Virus record (IMG/VR): IMGVR_UViG_3300036802_000112
Coordinates: 64,001-128,000 of that record
Length of the DNA: 64,000 nucleotides
DNA from: a virus
Taxonomy: Duplodnaviria > Caudoviricetes
Direction: 5' to 3' (one strand)
In this document: positions 28,876 to 38,270 of the stretch, piece after piece
How the letters are laid out: the number at the start of each line of letters is the position of its first letter
How positions within the stretch are numbered: position 1 is the first letter of the stretch
Program-made: the position numbers and the translations under genes
Notes under the pieces: model-generated
Database searches by the model: none
Seen by the model: only the letters and a program-made list of their open reading frames with translations
Told to the model about the DNA's origin: nothing

Positions 28876-30045
28876 CTATTCATCGATACCCATGATTTCA
28901 TTTTGATCCACATTTCCACCAAGAACTTCTTGATATTCGCCTCTCGCTTCTTTCTCTTCTTCTTCAAGACGTTCAAGACTTGGCATAACAACCTCAAGCA
29001 TTTCATCCACAACGCTTTTCTTAGATGTTTCGCGTACGACTTCATCAAGTTCCATGATTCGTTTACTCGATTTATCTAACATACCAACAAGCTGATTTAG
29101 TGGTTGAATTACATCATCTTCTGTTCGTTCATCCATGCGTTGGTATCGTCTGTGAGTACGGATCATAACGTCAGCGAAGATTTCCCTCATTTGAGCGAAT
29201 TCTAAAATACCTTCATTGTATGCGGCATTAGAATAATGACTTGTTAATCGTTTGATTTGTAAGTCTAATTCTTGAATTTGACTCTTCGTGATTGTAATCG
29301 CATGCGTTCGCTCACCTATAGATAATTCAGTTTCAGAAGTGTTACGAATTTGTTCTAATGTAGATTCTAGATGACTCTTTTCTGTTTCTAATTCATCTAT
29401 CGTTCTTTCTAAATCACGTCGCTTTGTTTTAAAGAATGCTTTCGCATAGTAAGAAACATGATTAGCTGGCAACTGAATGTCATAAGCTATATCTAGGTGT
29501 TCTGACACACTCTTAGGAGACTTACCATCCACTAACATACCATCAATGATATGTCGCTTTGAATGAGTCAGTAGGTCTGTCCATTCAGGCATTTTCTCTG
29601 TTGTGATAATTCGTTCCCCTAGATCATCTGTTGGAACTTTGCTAGCAGAACCATAAAACGCTATAACTTCCTTAGAGAAGAAATAGTCGATTTCCATATG
29701 TTTCAAACACAAGCAGAAAGACTGTCTATCAACTTCAGAAGATTCAAATGTACTTTCTACACTTAATCTTCCAGTTGTAACACCTCGTAAGTATGGTTTG
29801 TAGTATTTTCCGAGTTTGCATTCCGTTAAAACTGGATACAACACTTTTTCAAAATATAATTTCAAATCCTCTTTAGGAACGGAGGACAATCCTAATCGCA
29901 TTAATTCTGCTGGAATGTCTCCGAAAGGAATTCTTCGCATTAGTAGATATCTAACATATCCAATGTGAGCGCGGTTATCTATAGTCCGAATCGAATCTCT
30001 CACACTAGGTTCTAGTTTGTTATATTTAATAATCATTTCGCTCAT
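28876..30045 (-). CDS. Probable terminase small subunit or DNA-binding protein
   Basis: Immediately upstream of terL; HTH-like segment plus C-terminal coiled coil. Confidence 0.4.
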   Translation of the reverse strand: MSEMIIKYNKLEPSVRDSIRTIDNRAHIGYVRYLLMRRIPFGDIPAELMRLGLSSVPKEDLKLYFEKVLYPVLTECKLGKYYKPYLRGVTTGRLSVESTFESSEVDRQSFCLCLKHMEIDYFFSKEVIAFYGSASKVPTDDLGERIITTEKMPEWTDLLTHSKRHIIDGMLVDGKSPKSVSEHLDIAYDIQLPANHVSYYAKAFFKTKRRDLERTIDELETEKSHLESTLEQIRNTSETELSIGERTHAITITKSQIQELDLQIKRLTSHYSNAAYNEGILEFAQMREIFADVMIRTHRRYQRMDERTEDDVIQPLNQLVGMLDKSSKRIMELDEVVRETSKKSVVDEMLEVVMPSLERLEEEEKEARGEYQEVLGGNVDQNEIMGIDE

Positions 30046-30067
30046 TAATCTCCTTCCCGAAAAAATA

Positions 30068-30096
30068 TAGACCTAGAGAATAGTCTCTAGGTCTAG
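30068..30096 (-). terminator. Intrinsic terminator
   Basis: TAGACCTAGAGA / TCTCTAGGTCTA stem, A tract on + strand. Confidence 0.65.
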
Positions 30097-30114
30097 TATA
30101 CATGAGATTAGCGA

Positions 30115-31389
30115 TTAACGGTCAAAACGAATTCGATTCATCGGGTCGTTATATTTCGCAACTTTTTCCATTGGTTGATTTAAAATTTCATGAGCAGCTT
30201 CTTTGTATAAGCCATTCATTACTGCTTGTGTAGAAGCTTGTTTTTCTTGCGTTTCGCCTTTGTTAGAATCTTTGTTAGATAATGCTTTGATTCCTGCACC
30301 AATTGCAGTTGCACCTGCTGCACCAGCACCAACCGCTTTTAATTGGTTTTGCGCTTGTGTTTTCGCTGTACGAGTTGTTTTGCCTGCAAGGTCATTCTTG
30401 AATCCCATAGCAGCATCTTTCATTCCTGATGGGCTTGGGATTTTTAATCCTGCTGCAACTTTTTCTAAGCGATCCATTAATTCACTTGCTTCTTTTTCCG
30501 CTTCTTTGTCATCTTTCTTCTCATCTTTTTTTACGTCTTTTTTATCATCTTTGCAATTCTCATCGCAATTTTCGTCTTTTTTATCTTCTTTCTTTTTGAA
30601 GAAGAATTCTTCTGCTGTTTTTTCAAGATGATCCATTAACTCACTAGCAGTCTTATCTTCTCCTGCCGGAGCGTTAGATACGCTACGAGCACCTTGAGGT
30701 GATGTTTCTTCTTCAGCACCTTCTTCAGCCGCATTAATCATTTTTTCATCTTGTCGTTTATCGAAGTAGTTCGCTGCACCTTGAAGTCCAGCGCCAGCAA
30801 GTGCACCTGCACCTAAACCAGCTAAAGCGCCACCAGCAGTACCAACAGCATGACCAACAGCACCTAAAGCGGGATTAGCTTTAGCTAACCCGTTACCTAC
30901 AACACCGCCACCAACAGCACCCATTCCGCCATAAAGAGCAGGAGAAATTTTAGAAGCTAGTGAACGTTGACCATCTTTAAGGGTTTGATAATTTTCGGCG
31001 TTAAATTCACCTGTAGGACCACCAGCTTCATCTACACCACCTTGTGCTTTTACTTGATTAATCATCATTTCATCGACAGCAGGAGCGATAGCATTACCCG
31101 CTCTATTACCTAAATAACTTCCTAACCCACTAGCAACTGCACCTACACCAGCGCCAACTAAAGGATTGTATCCTAACGCTTTACCACCAAAACCACCAAT
31201 TCCAGCCCCAATCAAACTATTAACCGCTGCAACAGGAACAGCTTGACTATCTCGTGCTTCTTGCATTCCATCGCGATATGCTTGTTCATCAAACACACCA
31301 TTCGCAACTTTCTCTAAACGCCCCATCAAATCTTCTTTGCCATAAGTTGCTTGAGCAACCTTTTCTAATCGTCCCATTAATTCAGTCAT
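30115..31389 (-). CDS. Gly-zipper virion protein with repeated (E/D)LMxxLEK(V/T)A units
   Basis: Four LMxxLEKxA repeats; long GAGxGA segments. Confidence 0.6.
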   Translation of the reverse strand: MTELMGRLEKVAQATYGKEDLMGRLEKVANGVFDEQAYRDGMQEARDSQAVPVAAVNSLIGAGIGGFGGKALGYNPLVGAGVGAVASGLGSYLGNRAGNAIAPAVDEMMINQVKAQGGVDEAGGPTGEFNAENYQTLKDGQRSLASKISPALYGGMGAVGGGVVGNGLAKANPALGAVGHAVGTAGGALAGLGAGALAGAGLQGAANYFDKRQDEKMINAAEEGAEEETSPQGARSVSNAPAGEDKTASELMDHLEKTAEEFFFKKKEDKKDENCDENCKDDKKDVKKDEKKDDKEAEKEASELMDRLEKVAAGLKIPSPSGMKDAAMGFKNDLAGKTTRTAKTQAQNQLKAVGAGAAGATAIGAGIKALSNKDSNKGETQEKQASTQAVMNGLYKEAAHEILNQPMEKVAKYNDPMNRIRFDR

Positions 31390-31430
31390 AATAAAATTCC
31401 TCCTTAAATTTTGTCTACTTATAGAATACG

Positions 31431-32054
31431 TTATTTCCCGCTTGTTAAAAAGTCATTCACAACTTTTTTTATTTCTTCATGTCGTTCATCTTCATGTCGT
31501 TTCGCTAATTCAGCCTCAATCGCATCTTGTTTTTTGTCATACAACATCTTACTCAGCAAACCACCACCAACAGCACCTGCAATCGCAGTACCCTTTACTA
31601 AAGGATTTTTTATATGTTCGCCCCATTCGGCATACATCTGTTTATCAGGTAGTACATTTTGAGAAATGAAGTTAGGAGAGTGAGGTAAATGCACAACAGG
31701 AGCAGGACCTTTTTCTCTCAATCTCGCCGCAACATCAGCAGGGTTAGCGAAGAACTCTTTGTTCTCTTTGTAAGAGTCCTCTAACATTCCTCTCATTGAA
31801 CTAGGAACATCATCCCAACTCATTTGCCTTTTGTGGATTTTGTTTAAGATGGATACCGCTTCTGTTTCTTCTGCAAAGTCTTTGTATGCTTTGTTAGCAC
31901 CTTCTTCAGCTTGCATGTTCTTTAATACTTCCAAAGGCTTTAAAGCGTAGAATCCAGCAGTACCGCCGAGTAAAGCGCCTGCTGCCATTCCTCCACCAGT
32001 AGAGAGTGTTCTACCATCATCACCACCGCTAGCCATTAACATCATATCGAGCAT
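31431..32054 (-). CDS. Gly-zipper membrane-type protein
   Basis: GGGMAAGALLGGTAG and GTAIAGAVGGGLL segments. Confidence 0.55.
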   Translation of the reverse strand: MLDMMLMASGGDDGRTLSTGGGMAAGALLGGTAGFYALKPLEVLKNMQAEEGANKAYKDFAEETEAVSILNKIHKRQMSWDDVPSSMRGMLEDSYKENKEFFANPADVAARLREKGPAPVVHLPHSPNFISQNVLPDKQMYAEWGEHIKNPLVKGTAIAGAVGGGLLSKMLYDKKQDAIEAELAKRHEDERHEEIKKVVNDFLTSGK

Positions 32055-32057
32055 GGA

Positions 32058-32891
32058 CTATTTCTCCTCCTCTCCATTTACCATTTTTCTGAAGTCTTTA
32101 ACTCTGTTTGCTACTGTAGAACTTGAGGTACCATGAGTTAATGCAACAGAAGCGATTGGGTTTTTGTGTACAAGGACATCTTCAACTATTTTGTTATCCT
32201 TGTCGGTGAAGTTAAGTTGTTTCTTTGCAAGATCTTTGAGGTCTTGGAATCCAACATCAAAGCTATTTTCCGCATCATAATCACCAGAGTTATCTCGGAA
32301 CATTTCTTTGAATTCCATTTGTTTATCTTCATCTTCACCGTGAGTCGCATCACCAATGTAAGATTTAACATCCGTTCGTTTCAAATCTTCAAATCGGTTA
32401 TGGAGTACAGGTTGTAGATGTTTCTTAACTTGTTCATCAGTTGGGTTTGGACCGAATTCCATTTTCGCCATTTTAACTGCATCTTGATATTTACGGAGAT
32501 TGTATTTTTCCGTACGGTCAACGAACACGCCATCCATAAACTCACCGGAAAGGTTAGTAAGATTACCAGAGATGCTAGGTGTTAAGAATGTGTTCAACTG
32601 AGTGCCTGCTGTCGGATCGAATTTTTTAATATGACCAGGTAACCTACTGTAAGCATCTAGTCCGAAAACCTCTCTCGGTACATGTTTGTGTTTTTGAGCA
32701 GCTTTATTTATTTCACTTTCCACCATAGGGCGAAGGGACATTAATAATTTTTGATAAACTAATTTATCCCCTGTCTTTTGGTATTCTAAAGCCAAGTTTT
32801 TTTCTTCTTCCCTAGATAGGGTCTGACTGTTATCGAAAGCTTGTTTTTCAATAACATCTTTATTACCGTTCATGATATCTAATAAGCCCAT
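32058..32891 (-). CDS. Divergent sigma70-family RNA polymerase sigma factor
   Basis: Region 1.2 LSREEEKNLA..GD, region 2 LRPMV...IKKFDPTAGTQLNTFL, region 3 NPTDEQV, region 4 HTH IASVALTHGTSSSTV. Confidence 0.8.
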   Translation of the reverse strand: MGLLDIMNGNKDVIEKQAFDNSQTLSREEEKNLALEYQKTGDKLVYQKLLMSLRPMVESEINKAAQKHKHVPREVFGLDAYSRLPGHIKKFDPTAGTQLNTFLTPSISGNLTNLSGEFMDGVFVDRTEKYNLRKYQDAVKMAKMEFGPNPTDEQVKKHLQPVLHNRFEDLKRTDVKSYIGDATHGEDEDKQMEFKEMFRDNSGDYDAENSFDVGFQDLKDLAKKQLNFTDKDNKIVEDVLVHKNPIASVALTHGTSSSTVANRVKDFRKMVNGEEEK

Positions 32892-32930
32892 GACCACTTC
32901 TCCTTTCATGTAAAAACATGAAGAGTATTT

Positions 32931-35624
32931 CTACTCTCCACGGTTTTTACTTGCTTCTCGCGCACCGAGTCCAGCCATTGCTAACGAGCTTAAACCGACC
33001 ATAGCACCAGATGTTTTCTTGTAATCATTTTGTTCTACAGAAGATTTGTTATCAAGAATCGAATTTAATTCCGTTTCTTTCTGTTCAATTTTACCCTTGA
33101 TAGAGTCAACTTTCACTTGAGCAGATGTTTGTTTTGTTTGACTAGGCTTCGGAGAATTCTTGAACGCTCTAAGTTCGATGTTAGCTTCTTGGAACTGTTT
33201 CATCAAATTACCTAGTTCACGTTTTTTCGTTTCAGCTACGTCGCCAATTTCTTTAATTTGTTTAGAGTTGAATAACCCTGCTTCTTTTTCGATACCGCCA
33301 TTTAACTTTTCATTGAAATGAGCGTACGCATAAAGACCTTCTAATTGAGAGATAGCTTGTTTTACAAGTGCAGGTTTAACTACCGGTCTAGCATGTTTCG
33401 TTAATTGCAGACGGTTTAACTGAATTAATTCGTTTGTAGCATCAGCAATATGGCCTTTTACAGAAGCTACTTTTTCTAACGTTTCATTATCAAGTTTAAC
33501 AAATGAACCCTTAGAAATTTCGTGAGCCATTTTATCTAATTGGTATTTCATATTCGTCATCATAGCTAACTCGAACCAATTCGGGCCCGATAACTCATTC
33601 GCTACCTTTTCGATATCCCTTGCAGTTTCGAATGATGTTTTTAAGAAATCATCCCACTCTTTAATCTTACCTGGGACGCTTGGAGCTGCACTGCTAATGA
33701 ATGAAGATAATGTACCAGATACCATGTTTTCAAAGATTGGCATAAAGTTATTAGCGTTTAATGTATGGTTAGCTAACCCCTGGAACTTCTTCTTTCTTTG
33801 TTCTTTTGCAATATCTTCTGGTGTAGTGTTCTGTGCTTTTTGTTTACTTGGCAAATTGAATGTAGCTGATCTACCATTACGCTTCGTAATTTCGAAGAAT
33901 TGTTCGATACGGCGCATATCAAATCCTAACAGTTGTAAAGTCTGTCTAGCGCTATCTTCTGATAAGCTATTCATATTCTTTGTTTGGATTTTGTATTGCG
34001 CTTTTCCATCAGGAGAATCAACCATATCAGTGTATGTCCACTTTATATCATACATTCTTGGTCTAGAATCCTTCTTCACATATAACGTTACTTTGTCCGC
34101 TTGTTCGTAAGCCGCAACTTTATTCATGTGATCTAGGTATCCAGTAGGTTTTTGGAATGAACCTTCAATACGTTTTTTCATTGGATACACTTTGTGATGT
34201 TTAGACATCAGAATATATTCTTCTGCATAGTGAGAAGAGATAAACATATTCGCACGTTTTAAATCGATGTTATCTTTCGCTACATCAACAATCATTGTTT
34301 CTAATTCATCACGAGTAATAACAGAAGGACCTTTAAACGATTCATCTTGCATAATGAAGAAGCATACATCTTTATTACCCTTCACGCCCACGTATCTAGC
34401 GCAGATTACATCTTCGAAAATAGAATTACAGTAATCTGACTTAGAAGGGTTTTTACCACGCTCTGCGCGTTCAGGGACACTAATTACAATACCATTACGT
34501 ACTTCGCTTTGTTTTTGTGAATAACTAATCGTAAACGGATGTACAAGTGTATCTTCTTCTAATTCGTAAGAATACATAGAGCCTTCAGCCATTGACTTCG
34601 CTTCAACAGTTGCAGGTTCAAAGAATCTATCAGCTTCTTGTAATGTTGTCATAAACTTTTCAGTAGTTTTTAACATGCTGTATTCTTTTTTATTATCCAG
34701 AACAACAGCTGCAAAACCAGAATTAACACTATCACCAGTTGCAGTTACTAATTTGTGATATACACGACCTGGACGGTATTCGAATTGGCCTTGATCTAAG
34801 AGAGGGAATACGATATTGTTTCCACTTTTTACACGATTAATCCCTACTAATTTGTCATCATCAAGCTTTTTGAATTCACGTCTAACATCTACTCTTTCAG
34901 CAGTGTCAGGCATTGTTTCAGCTGTTTTCACTTGTTCTACAGCCTTTGTGAATGCTTCTTTCTCTACAGTTTCTAAGAATCCATCTACAACACTTTCTTT
35001 GTAAATTTCAGCACTCGCTAGTTTTTCAGATACGTCACTAAACACTTCTGCAACGTCTACATTTGCACTAGCACGTTTCATCATACGTTCATCATCTAAA
35101 TGACCGAACTCTAATCCATCCCATAACCCTGCGCCTGTAGCGTCCGTAGCTCTATGAGAATCACGAATATCCATAATCGTTCCTAAGAATCCGTTGTGTG
35201 TAGGGATATCTTTGAAATCAACCACTTCTGCAATTTCTCCATCAGAACTATCAGCTTGACTTTCTACCTTTTGTTTAAGCGCGAAAGCTAACTTTTGTAA
35301 TTTACCAATATCATAAGGAACTTCTTGATCACCTAGACGAATCACATCGAACGGGATTAAGTTTTTGTCTTGGATAATGAATGGTAAGTAAAACTTCACA
35401 CCTTTCACATCTAGTTCGATATTACCGAATGCATGTGTGATATTACCTGATAAGTCACCATCTTCTGTATCCACTCGTAACACTGGTCTGATAGTTACGA
35501 ACTCCGCTGCGTCACCTAAATCACTGCGTACTTTATCGACTAAGAATTTTTCAACAGCTGCAGGTCCGGTCTGTTTCAACGGAATCCCAACGATTGTATT
35601 GCTAATCTTATTCAAACTTTCCAC
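32931..35624 (-). CDS. Large putative virion protein
   Basis: 897 aa; more than 10 K-x-A motifs; C-terminal Gly-rich hydrophobic helix; first gene of the head operon. Confidence 0.55.
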   Translation of the reverse strand: MESLNKISNTIVGIPLKQTGPAAVEKFLVDKVRSDLGDAAEFVTIRPVLRVDTEDGDLSGNITHAFGNIELDVKGVKFYLPFIIQDKNLIPFDVIRLGDQEVPYDIGKLQKLAFALKQKVESQADSSDGEIAEVVDFKDIPTHNGFLGTIMDIRDSHRATDATGAGLWDGLEFGHLDDERMMKRASANVDVAEVFSDVSEKLASAEIYKESVVDGFLETVEKEAFTKAVEQVKTAETMPDTAERVDVRREFKKLDDDKLVGINRVKSGNNIVFPLLDQGQFEYRPGRVYHKLVTATGDSVNSGFAAVVLDNKKEYSMLKTTEKFMTTLQEADRFFEPATVEAKSMAEGSMYSYELEEDTLVHPFTISYSQKQSEVRNGIVISVPERAERGKNPSKSDYCNSIFEDVICARYVGVKGNKDVCFFIMQDESFKGPSVITRDELETMIVDVAKDNIDLKRANMFISSHYAEEYILMSKHHKVYPMKKRIEGSFQKPTGYLDHMNKVAAYEQADKVTLYVKKDSRPRMYDIKWTYTDMVDSPDGKAQYKIQTKNMNSLSEDSARQTLQLLGFDMRRIEQFFEITKRNGRSATFNLPSKQKAQNTTPEDIAKEQRKKKFQGLANHTLNANNFMPIFENMVSGTLSSFISSAAPSVPGKIKEWDDFLKTSFETARDIEKVANELSGPNWFELAMMTNMKYQLDKMAHEISKGSFVKLDNETLEKVASVKGHIADATNELIQLNRLQLTKHARPVVKPALVKQAISQLEGLYAYAHFNEKLNGGIEKEAGLFNSKQIKEIGDVAETKKRELGNLMKQFQEANIELRAFKNSPKPSQTKQTSAQVKVDSIKGKIEQKETELNSILDNKSSVEQNDYKKTSGAMVGLSSLAMAGLGAREASKNRGE

Positions 35625-35677
35625 CTCATTTATCGTCTTATTTTTACTGTCTTTAGTATATCATGACACCTTAAAAA

Positions 35678-35695
35678 TAGTTATAAGAAAAGTGA
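35678..35695 (+). promoter_or_regulatory. Conserved phage promoter motif, copy 2 (2 mismatches)
   Basis: TAGTTATAAGAAAAGTGA at the start of the + strand block. Confidence 0.65.
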
Positions 35696-35745
35696 AGGTA
35701 GGAAAGCGTGTGCTTCCCTCTCTTTTTATATAAGGAGGAATTGAA

Positions 35746-36336
35746 ATGAAGATGAAAATAACGGAAGGACAAAAGCGATTATCTAAGCATGTGGAAGAGA
35801 ACTATATGAAGTATATCAATTACAATGACAAAAACTTAGATTACGATGCAATTGTCAGCAGAGATAAAGTACTAAGACACTTGAAGAAATTGTACAAGGA
35901 GTTAGACGTTTCATTAACAGATGAGGACTTACCGAACATGTTTTATGCGTACCGAGAATATGCGATAGCTAAGGACAGATACGAGATCTTAAATTTGAAA
36001 TACTATTTAAGAACAGCTTTCTTTTCGTTATTCGAAGGGGAAACATCAGCGGAAGATACATTGGAATGGTGCATGAGATTGTTCGACGGAACTTGGTTTA
36101 GACCGTTCATTGATGAAATGAAGGAGTCAAAAGCATTCCCTGAACTAAAGATCTTCTATGACTATGGGAGAGCATATGTCGATAGAACAGAAGATTGGGT
36201 TTCATACGGTCATTTGTATGAGTACTCAAAGATGGGCGGAAGGATGGATGCGTTTCGTCAAAATGAATTTCAAAGAGTACAAAATGATTATAAAAACGTT
36301 TTAGAAATGTTAGCAGACGAAGGAGGGTCTTTGTAA
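35746..36336 (+). CDS. Hypothetical protein
   Basis: AAGGAGG RBS; 196 aa. Confidence 0.7.
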   Translation: MKMKITEGQKRLSKHVEENYMKYINYNDKNLDYDAIVSRDKVLRHLKKLYKELDVSLTDEDLPNMFYAYREYAIAKDRYEILNLKYYLRTAFFSLFEGETSAEDTLEWCMRLFDGTWFRPFIDEMKESKAFPELKIFYDYGRAYVDRTEDWVSYGHLYEYSKMGGRMDAFRQNEFQRVQNDYKNVLEMLADEGGSL

Positions 36337-36686
36337 TGAGTAGAATGTCATTACACAACTATGTGTGTTTAGCTATGGTAAGGCCGATTACGGAAAAGGA
36401 TAGAGAACCTTTACGTAAACTTTCTTTTGAACCATACGAGTTAATTGAATTGAAGAACATGAATACAAAAGATTTAAGAGGTCTTATGTGTTTTTGCGGA
36501 ATAAGAGTGTACGAGGATATGCCTGTTATTGCTTGCGAGGATGACGAATTACGTATGGCTTATTTAGTTTGGCGTTCTTACTATTCAAGAGAAAAACGAG
36601 TGGAGTTAAACAAGAAATTAGCGAAGGTGCAAAAGTATGGATTTAAAATATTCGATGAAATTAAAGAAAATTTATCTATCATTTAA
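36336..36686 (+). CDS. Hypothetical protein
   Basis: TAATG overlap with the upstream gene. Confidence 0.65.
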   Translation: MSRMSLHNYVCLAMVRPITEKDREPLRKLSFEPYELIELKNMNTKDLRGLMCFCGIRVYEDMPVIACEDDELRMAYLVWRSYYSREKRVELNKKLAKVQKYGFKIFDEIKENLSII

Positions 36687-36699
36687 AGGAGTGAATGCA

Positions 36700-36903
36700 A
36701 TGGTTGGAGATAAAACATTGGAAGAAATGGGTCAGTTTGTATTAGTTTATGACAAGAGAGAAGGCCACGATCATTTAAGAATGGTTTCTTGCCCGAATGA
36801 ATATTGCGAGCATCGTATTGTTGTGTACATCTCGGATAAAACTGAATACGTGGACTGCGTGGGTTGTGATAACAGAATCAAATTAAAAGAGAAAGGGGAA
36901 TAA
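36700..36903 (+). CDS. Small Zn-ribbon protein
   Basis: AAGGAG RBS; CPNEYC...CVGC. Confidence 0.6.
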   Translation: MVGDKTLEEMGQFVLVYDKREGHDHLRMVSCPNEYCEHRIVVYISDKTEYVDCVGCDNRIKLKEKGE

Positions 36904-36906
36904 AAA

Positions 36907-37509
36907 ATGTCAGAAGAAGTATTACCTTTACGAGTTTTATCTTCGGAGGAAGCAGAAAAGATATTAAAGATATCCGTTCCTAAGGCAAAGAAAGTATCAG
37001 AGTTAGTTTCAGCTTCTCAAGCACCTTTAGATGTATACTTAACAACTCCTGTCGATAATGAGGGTACAGAATCGATATTCCAAGAAGGTTTAGCGAAAGC
37101 AGTTACGACACCTCACTTGAGAGCGTCCATTTTGCTTACGTTCGGCGCAGAAGGAACTTGTATGTTTTTATATGAAGCATCAGAACAAAAGTTGTCAGCA
37201 CAAGAAATAAGAGGGGCTTTGATATCTTCCTATGAAAGTTTGAAAGACAACGACAACAGGAAGTTTGTTATACCATGCAGAGAGTTAAATCAAACGCATA
37301 TGATTCATGGTTCTAGTTTTTCTCAGTATCTCATAACGAAGAGAGAAGATATAAAAGATTGCGAGATTGTTATTATTAACATCCACCACGATTACATAAG
37401 AGGCTATGCTAGCTTAGGTGACGAAGAGTTGTTACTACACGCTTTTTACGAATTACATCAATTCCTTCTTAAAGGTACTGATGAGGTCATAGTGTTAGAA
37501 GAAAAGTGA
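36907..37509 (+). CDS. Hypothetical protein
   Basis: 200-aa ORF. Confidence 0.65.
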   Translation: MSEEVLPLRVLSSEEAEKILKISVPKAKKVSELVSASQAPLDVYLTTPVDNEGTESIFQEGLAKAVTTPHLRASILLTFGAEGTCMFLYEASEQKLSAQEIRGALISSYESLKDNDNRKFVIPCRELNQTHMIHGSSFSQYLITKREDIKDCEIVIINIHHDYIRGYASLGDEELLLHAFYELHQFLLKGTDEVIVLEEK

Positions 37510-37561
37510 GGGAGAAGAAGCTATTTCTTCTCTTTACATTTTCTAGGATAGAGGTTGATGA

Positions 37562-37807
37562 GTGTTGGATTATGTAACACCGAAGGTATGGTTAACTACA
37601 AATTGGAAAACATCTTTGCCGACAGCAGTTTATGTAGGGGCAATTACATTTGGTGTGTTCCTACGTAATATTTTACAGAAGGGGGAGAAGTGGACAGTAT
37701 TAATTTCGAATACTAACAAAGTACCAATGGCTGTAAAGGTAGTCTTATGGTTGCCACTTATTTACATCGTTACGCCATATACGGATATTTCATTGTTAGG
37801 CATGTAA
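37562..37807 (+). CDS. Small two-TM membrane protein
   Basis: Two hydrophobic segments. Confidence 0.55.
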   Translation: MLDYVTPKVWLTTNWKTSLPTAVYVGAITFGVFLRNILQKGEKWTVLISNTNKVPMAVKVVLWLPLIYIVTPYTDISLLGM

Positions 37808-37810
37808 AAC

Positions 37811-37828
37811 TTGTTATAAGTAAAGTGA
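37811..37828 (+). promoter_or_regulatory. Conserved phage promoter motif, copy 3
   Basis: TTGTTATAAGTAAAGTGA exact match. Confidence 0.75.
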
Positions 37829-37866
37829 TAAACAAATACATATCACTTAAAAAGGAGAGAATAAAA

Positions 37867-38199
37867 ATGACAACAGAACAAAACAAGAATACAGGAAAAA
37901 CAAATACAGAAGTAACGGAGGGTAAAGTAATGCAAAAGGATAACGAAGTATTATCAGCAACAAATCAGTTCGACGTAGAAAGACAAAGATTGATTGTAGA
38001 ACATGAAAAAGCAAAAGAAGCATCATGGGAACAAGTACAAAAGATGAAATTACAAACAGAAGAAAGAATGAACAGATTCAATAAAGTAACAAATATTGTG
38101 GAAAAAGCAGTAGTAGGTGGATTAATATCATTAGTATGCATCAAGAGTTTTGAATACAGTGCAGAAGTACAAAAACATAAGTCGCAATTTGGTGAGTAA
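37867..38199 (+). CDS. A-rich early gene, protein with a C-terminal TM helix
   Basis: AAGGAG RBS; AVVGGLISLVCI hydrophobic segment. Confidence 0.6.
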   Translation: MTTEQNKNTGKTNTEVTEGKVMQKDNEVLSATNQFDVERQRLIVEHEKAKEASWEQVQKMKLQTEERMNRFNKVTNIVEKAVVGGLISLVCIKSFEYSAEVQKHKSQFGE

Positions 38200-38207
38200 A
38201 TATGCCA

Positions 38208-38249
38208 AAATATAATAGGACCATTAGGTCCTATTATATTTGTTTTTTT
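38208..38249 (+). terminator. 15-bp perfect hairpin terminator
   Basis: AAATATAATAGGACC-atta-GGTCCTATTATATTT plus T tract. Confidence 0.75.
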
Positions 38250-38270
38250 GAAGAGGAGAGGAATATAGAA

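Noticed and set aside
31410-31430. Possible sixth copy of the phage promoter (TTCTATAAGTAGAC, - strand)
   Set aside because: Matches only the TATAAGTA core; too weak to count.
24486-35624. Major capsid protein or prohead protease assignment
   Set aside because: No ORF shows recognisable HK97-fold or protease motifs; these genes probably lie outside the window.
11550-35733. Many + strand ORFs of 60-140 aa opposite the head operon, and - strand ORFs opposite the + blocks
   Set aside because: Antisense shadows of real genes, with S/F/L-rich composition and no RBS.
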